This document shows, in pieces, positions 59,310-64,000 of a stretch of 64,000 nt of DNA. The position numbers were made by a program, and so were the translations under genes. Origin of the DNA: Amphiscolops sp. MND2022. Its lineage: Eukaryota. Each line of letters begins with the position of its first letter. Positions within the stretch are counted from its first letter, which is position 1. Where the stretch lies: contig OZ076409.1 in the NCBI GenBank assembly GCA_964187785.1, positions 85,438,001-85,502,000 of the forward strand, given 5' to 3'. The notes beneath the pieces are model-generated. The model ran no database searches. It was not told the DNA's origin and was given only the letters and a program-made list of their open reading frames with translations.

Positions 59310-62114
59310 TCATAATTTCGTTTTGTCTCTACAATTGTTGAGGGTGCAATCGCATGCCACTTTCCATGAGCATTTGTTCATCTCGTTGAAGTTGTGAAAA
59401 ATTCCCCAAAATATTTTCAATAGTTCCTTCTTCAAGGTTGGTTGGTTCAGCAAATCAATTTTGAGAATATCTGCAAGGCGGCATGATTGATAGAAAAAGT
59501 TGTCTTCCAAAGTCTTCTTTTTTGGTCTTTCAGGCTGAAACAAAACAAAGCGCGAGAGAGTGGAATAGGATGGTAAACTTAGTTGGCTTGTATCGTATCG
59601 ACCACAGATGAGTTTCGAGAGTAGGAGGATATTATTGATCTGTATATACATGGGGAGATGTAAGATACAAAGTGATCTGAGTTTATCTTTGTACGATTCG
59701 CTTCCAAACAATACCCAATTCACTACTCGTTTTTGGACATGCTCGAGCTCGATTAGTACGTGTTTGTTCATTCCAAACTATGGACTTCCGTAGATCAAGA
59801 TTGGTACAATCATAGATTTATACAGGTTCAACTTTGCGGCCGACGGTAAACCAGATACGTTTCTTTTTATCATGTGAAAAAGTTTCATTGCTTTGGCGCA
59901 GACTTTATCGATATGCAAGTTCAATTTTAAATCACCTGACAGAGTAAGACCTAAGTCATTTTGATAATCCGCAGAGGCAATGACTTCTTTCCCGAGATAA
60001 AACTGGTACTGTTTATTTGTGATGGCAAGATATGCACATTTTTCGACGTTGAGTGGTAGTTTGTTTAAGGAAGTCCACTCATAGAGCTTGTTCAGATCAT
60101 GTTGAATGTTTTCAGATTTTAGTCCAATACTCAAAAACTTTGCGTCATCTGCGAAGAGTAATGGGATCATCTGGTTGCAAATGTCGGGAAGATCGTTTAT
60201 AAAAATTAGAAATAACAATGGGCTCAGAAGACTACCTTGAGGCACACCACTTGACACTTTGAATTCATTTGACAATTCGTTCATCACTCGTACTTTCTGG
60301 GTACGTCCAGTAATAAAAGATTGTAAAACATTGAAGATTTGTCCTCTAATTCCGATACGATAAAGTTTTTGGAGTAATATTCCGTGGTCCACCTTATCGA
60401 AGGCTTTGCTGAAATCTGTAAAAATTACATCAATGTCATTGTTTGTCTCAATTCCTTTATACACTTTTTGGAGGAAAGTTAACAATTGTAGCACGGTTGA
60501 ACGGTTCTTTCTGAAACCAAATTGCGATTTACTGAAGAGGGGAGAGCAGTGGTCATAAAGTCGTTTGAATATGATGGCTTCGAAAAACTTTCCGGCAGTA
60601 GCCAAGAAAGAAACTGGTCGGTAATTTGACACTTGTGACCTGTCCCCTTTTTTGAAGAGGGGCACAACTGTGGCTGTCTTCCAGACTGCTGGAAAGATAC
60701 CCGTTTGAATGATTTTTCTGAAAATTTGTGATAGAGAATGTGTAATAGATAGACATGTTTTCTTGAAGAGAAGAGGTGGGATATCATCTGGTCCTCTGCT
60801 TTTATTTGTCTTTGCGTCTTTGCATAAAATGAGAACTTCTTTTTCATCAAATTGTATTTGCTCCAATATGCGACAAGTATTGACTTCCTCCACTGGGATA
60901 AAATGACTAGACTCAATATACACTGACGCGAAAAACTTTGCGAACAAATTTGCTTTCGATTTGTTTGTTTCCGCTTGCTCTCCATTATATTTCATGGTGT
61001 TAGGAAAATTTTTTTTTCTGAACCCTTGGAAATATTTGAAAAGCTTTTGTGTAGTTCGATCGTGTGCTAAGTTTATTTCATATGCAATTTTGTTCAAATC
61101 AGCATTGATTTCTATTTCTTCGACAAGATATCGAACTTTAGGATGAGTGTTTCCGTATTTTTTTCGAGTTGTTTTGAGACAATTAAGGAGATGTGAAGTT
61201 TCTTTTGTAATCCACGGCGGTAAACTAGATCTATGTAGAGTTCTTTTTGGTATAAACTTTTCAATAGCCGAGTTCAGCCATTGATACCAAAGTTCTATTA
61301 CTTTGTTTGGGTTTGACCAACAATAGCTGTCAAATTTCTTTTGGATCATATACGTTGGAATATAATCACCATTGCAAAAGCTGTAACCTTTGACTATGTT
61401 CTGTCTGGTAACTAAAGAAAAACTCTCGATATTAAAAGTAACTTCGATTGGACTGTGGTTAGAAAATCTTTGCAAAAGCTGATCTTCGCATTTATGTATA
61501 TCTATAATTTGAATTCCTTTATTCACTAAGAACAGATCCAGAATGCCGCTGGCTCCGGTGTTAAAATTAACTTTCTGGTGTCGGTTATTCACGTCCAGAT
61601 ACTGCAGAAATTCGGTTTCCAGTTCGTCGTCCGAAGATAAACTATTCCAATTTATTGAAACAAAATTAAAGTCTCCGTAGATCAGTATATCATCGGAACG
61701 TTTTTTGAATGTTGCTATGTTTTTGAATAAGTTCTGTAAGGAATTACTGTCGTAGGCATATTTGCTGTTTGTAGGTGGTAAAAAGCAGCATATTATTAAA
61801 ATTTTCTTCATGCCAAAGCAAACAGAACAAATGGTAACAGATCCATTCACGTCGAAGTCGAAGTAGAGTTCTTGAGAGTCGAGAGTTTTTTTAACGCATA
61901 TCATGGTACCTCCATGAGATGTCGTTAGTCTAGAAGTTTTACGATTTGAATAGAAGCATTGGTACTGGGGTAAGAAAATCTCGCCTTCGGAGACTTCGTC
62001 TGTTAGCCAAGTTTCGGCGAGACAGACGAAGTCGAAATCCTTGGTTAGGAGATAGTTTGCAAATTTTTGTCGTCTGTCCATTTTGTAGAGGCTTCTGATT
62101 TTATATAGCAACAT
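59310..62114 (-). CDS. LINE ORF2 (APE endonuclease plus RT), with one internal in-frame TAG at 59778-59780
   Basis: LAETWL, YGDFN, NYRPVS, DFSKAFDKV, GVPQGS, LFADD. ORFs 59778-62114 and 59310-59771 share a frame. Confidence 0.9.
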
Positions 62115-62141
62115 TATATACTCTCTCGACAGGTTAGGAAG

Positions 62142-63005
62142 TCAAGCAGTAAGCTCGACTGGTTTTCTGTTCAGATATAAGATTCCATTTCTGATGCTTA
62201 TTTGTTTCGGATCACAGTTCTCTTGGTTAATAAGTTCCCTCCTTTTCTTGAGTAACTTTTGTTCATGTAGTTGTTGCTCTCTATTCAATGACTTTGATGG
62301 ATACACTTTGTACTTTTCACATTCGTATTCTGGTTCATAGTTTTTTAGCATGGATGCGCGTGCTAAGAGCTTCTCCACGTTGTAACTGTTTTTGAACTTT
62401 ACGAGCATTTGTCTGGTTCGCGTTGAAGCAGCATCGAATTTTCCGACCCTATGGAAGCCTGAGATTTCGCTTTTATCAATGCCCAAGTAATTGACAACTT
62501 CGCAGATCAAATTTTCTTCATGTTCGAAAATAAGTTTTCGATCGGGTTTGGTAAAATGTTTTTCACCATTTTCTTTAATAAGTTCTCTGTTTTGAAATTT
62601 CAATTCGGGTAGGCCGCTGAAGCGCAGTTCTTGATCAAATAACTTAGACGTATTTGAACTTTTGTACTTATCTTGTGTATCTGCTGAGGATGGTGGTTTC
62701 GTGGTCATCATATCGTTCGGGGTTTTCTTCATCGTTTCTACAGATTTTGTCAACGAGGCCACATCACTTGTTAAACTGGCTGTCACTTTCTTCGACGTCA
62801 CTGGGCAAGTTTCACAGAAAAAATGCACATTTTTTGCTCGTTCCAGGAAATCAAATTCTTTTGTGTAACGCATGCATGAGCTATGGGTCCAACCATCGCA
62901 ATTTTCGCATTGAAGCCAGTTTTCACCGTCCATTTTGGAGCAGATTTTGCAGGGGATTCCAGGGCCCTGTTGCTTCGATGCCAACCGGTTGCGAGCTCCA
63001 GGCAT
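62142..63005 (-). CDS. LINE ORF1 (PHD finger plus RRM-like region)
   Basis: CKIC..WLQCENCDGWTHSSC..FFCETC, followed by LRFSGLPE, HRVGK and RQMLVKF. Confidence 0.88.
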   Translation of the reverse strand: MPGARNRLASKQQGPGIPCKICSKMDGENWLQCENCDGWTHSSCMRYTKEFDFLERAKNVHFFCETCPVTSKKVTASLTSDVASLTKSVETMKKTPNDMMTTKPPSSADTQDKYKSSNTSKLFDQELRFSGLPELKFQNRELIKENGEKHFTKPDRKLIFEHEENLICEVVNYLGIDKSEISGFHRVGKFDAASTRTRQMLVKFKNSYNVEKLLARASMLKNYEPEYECEKYKVYPSKSLNREQQLHEQKLLKKRRELINQENCDPKQISIRNGILYLNRKPVELTA

Positions 63006-63135
63006 TTCAAATATGAAACTATTTAATAAGTTTGAAACTATTTAAAACTGTGAGCGATTGAGATGCGTTCGAAGAAATTTATTACATATAACCTAATTTT
63101 TTGACCTTTATATCATAGCAGCTTTAAAAAAAATT

Positions 63136-63466
63136 GGGTGGCTGTAAATAGGTCTAACTTTTCTGGTCGAAAGGACAGAGGTCGTACCTTTTGATCGAAT
63201 TGCGGGGATCGAATTGAATGCGGTCGAATTTTATCGTGTTTGTTGTATGGCTCGGTCGCTTCGCTCCCTTCGCCAAGTAGCAACATTGAGGCATGGCAAT
63301 ATGGCACGTCGCTTCGCTCCTGCATTCAGGGGTATGTGAACATATTTGACTACGTTATAAAAATTTCGATCCGAGTTGTTTCGATCCCATTCAAAAATTT
63401 GGTATGTCGACCTGAGGACTAACTCTGATTTTCGATCCCGTTCCTTCGATCTATTTCCGCCAACCC
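63136..63466. mobile_element. Simple GGGTGG MITE copy (331 bp)
   Basis: GGGTGGCTGTAAATAG...CTATTTCCGCCAACCC, flanked by AAAAAAATT on both sides. Confidence 0.8.
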
Positions 63467-63658
63467 AAAAAAATTCTACCGGTCGACTGCATAGTTGCTG
63501 GTTTGAGTAGTTTGTTGGTTGTTTTTATTGTTACTGGTATAGTGGCTGGTATGTGGTTCCCTACTTTCGTTGTAGACCACGGGTGTGTGTCTTCTCCCCC
63601 ATGATGATACACATAGCCTAATTGTTGTGATAAACTTATTAAATAGTTTCCGGTTGTG

Positions 63659-64000
63659 ATGCCTCCAAAAAGACAGACGAAGCAGACAAACAGCAAAAGT
63701 GCAACTACTGACCTCCTACCCTGTGCAAAAGAAACGTGTGGAAAATGTGATGTGGAGGTAGTTGACGGGGATTCAGCCCTGGCCTGTGAACAATGCCTCA
63801 GGTACTTCCACGGGGTCTGCTTGGGCGTAAACAATGCTGTGGTGACGGCAATGGGGAATCTCCCTGGGTGCTACTGGTTCTGTGAAGAGTGTGATGGACC
63901 TCAGCGGGCTCGTGTGGATCTGCCAAAGGAAACTGAAAAGCTAAGTAAAATGGTTTCTCATTTGAATACATTAGTAGCAAAGATTCCTCCTCTTGAGATA
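63659..64000 (+). CDS. PHD-finger ORF (probably ORF1 of another LINE), open to the window end and absent from the ORF track
   Basis: Manual translation gives MPPKRQTKQ...CGKC...ALACEQCLRYFHGVC...YWFCEEC..., 114 codons with no stop. Confidence 0.8.
   Translation, partial: MPPKRQTKQTNSKSATTDLLPCAKETCGKCDVEVVDGDSALACEQCLRYFHGVCLGVNNAVVTAMGNLPGCYWFCEECDGPQRARVDLPKETEKLSKMVSHLNTLVAKIPPLEI

Overview
This is AT-rich eukaryotic (invertebrate-like) DNA made up mostly of transposable elements. The one clear host gene is a 4-exon, minus-strand MAP-kinase phosphatase (rhodanese plus DUSP domains, HCQEGISRS active site split by an intron) at about 22.5-28.7 kb. Positions 0.6-16 kb hold decayed BEL/Pao and Gypsy relics. 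Positions 30-46 kb form a nested stack: a very young, full-length BEL/Pao LTR retrotransposon (33303-42017, AACAG TSD) sits inside a Tc1 DD34E transposon. That Tc1 is also split by a self-nested MITE, and the region carries two ~1.5-kb tandem duplications, one of which preserves the empty BEL insertion site. Positions 46-64 kb hold two decayed CRE-like (RLE) non-LTR elements, decayed LINEs, hAT-like MITEs, a probable solo LTR, a near-intact CR1/L2-type LINE with an in-frame UGA-C ORF1/ORF2 junction, and the PHD ORF1 of another LINE running off the window. The most unusual pattern is a family of MITE-like elements that share one ~185-bp hairpin-rich core but have arms built from different short motifs. 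All coordinates and comparisons were made by eye; no searches were run.
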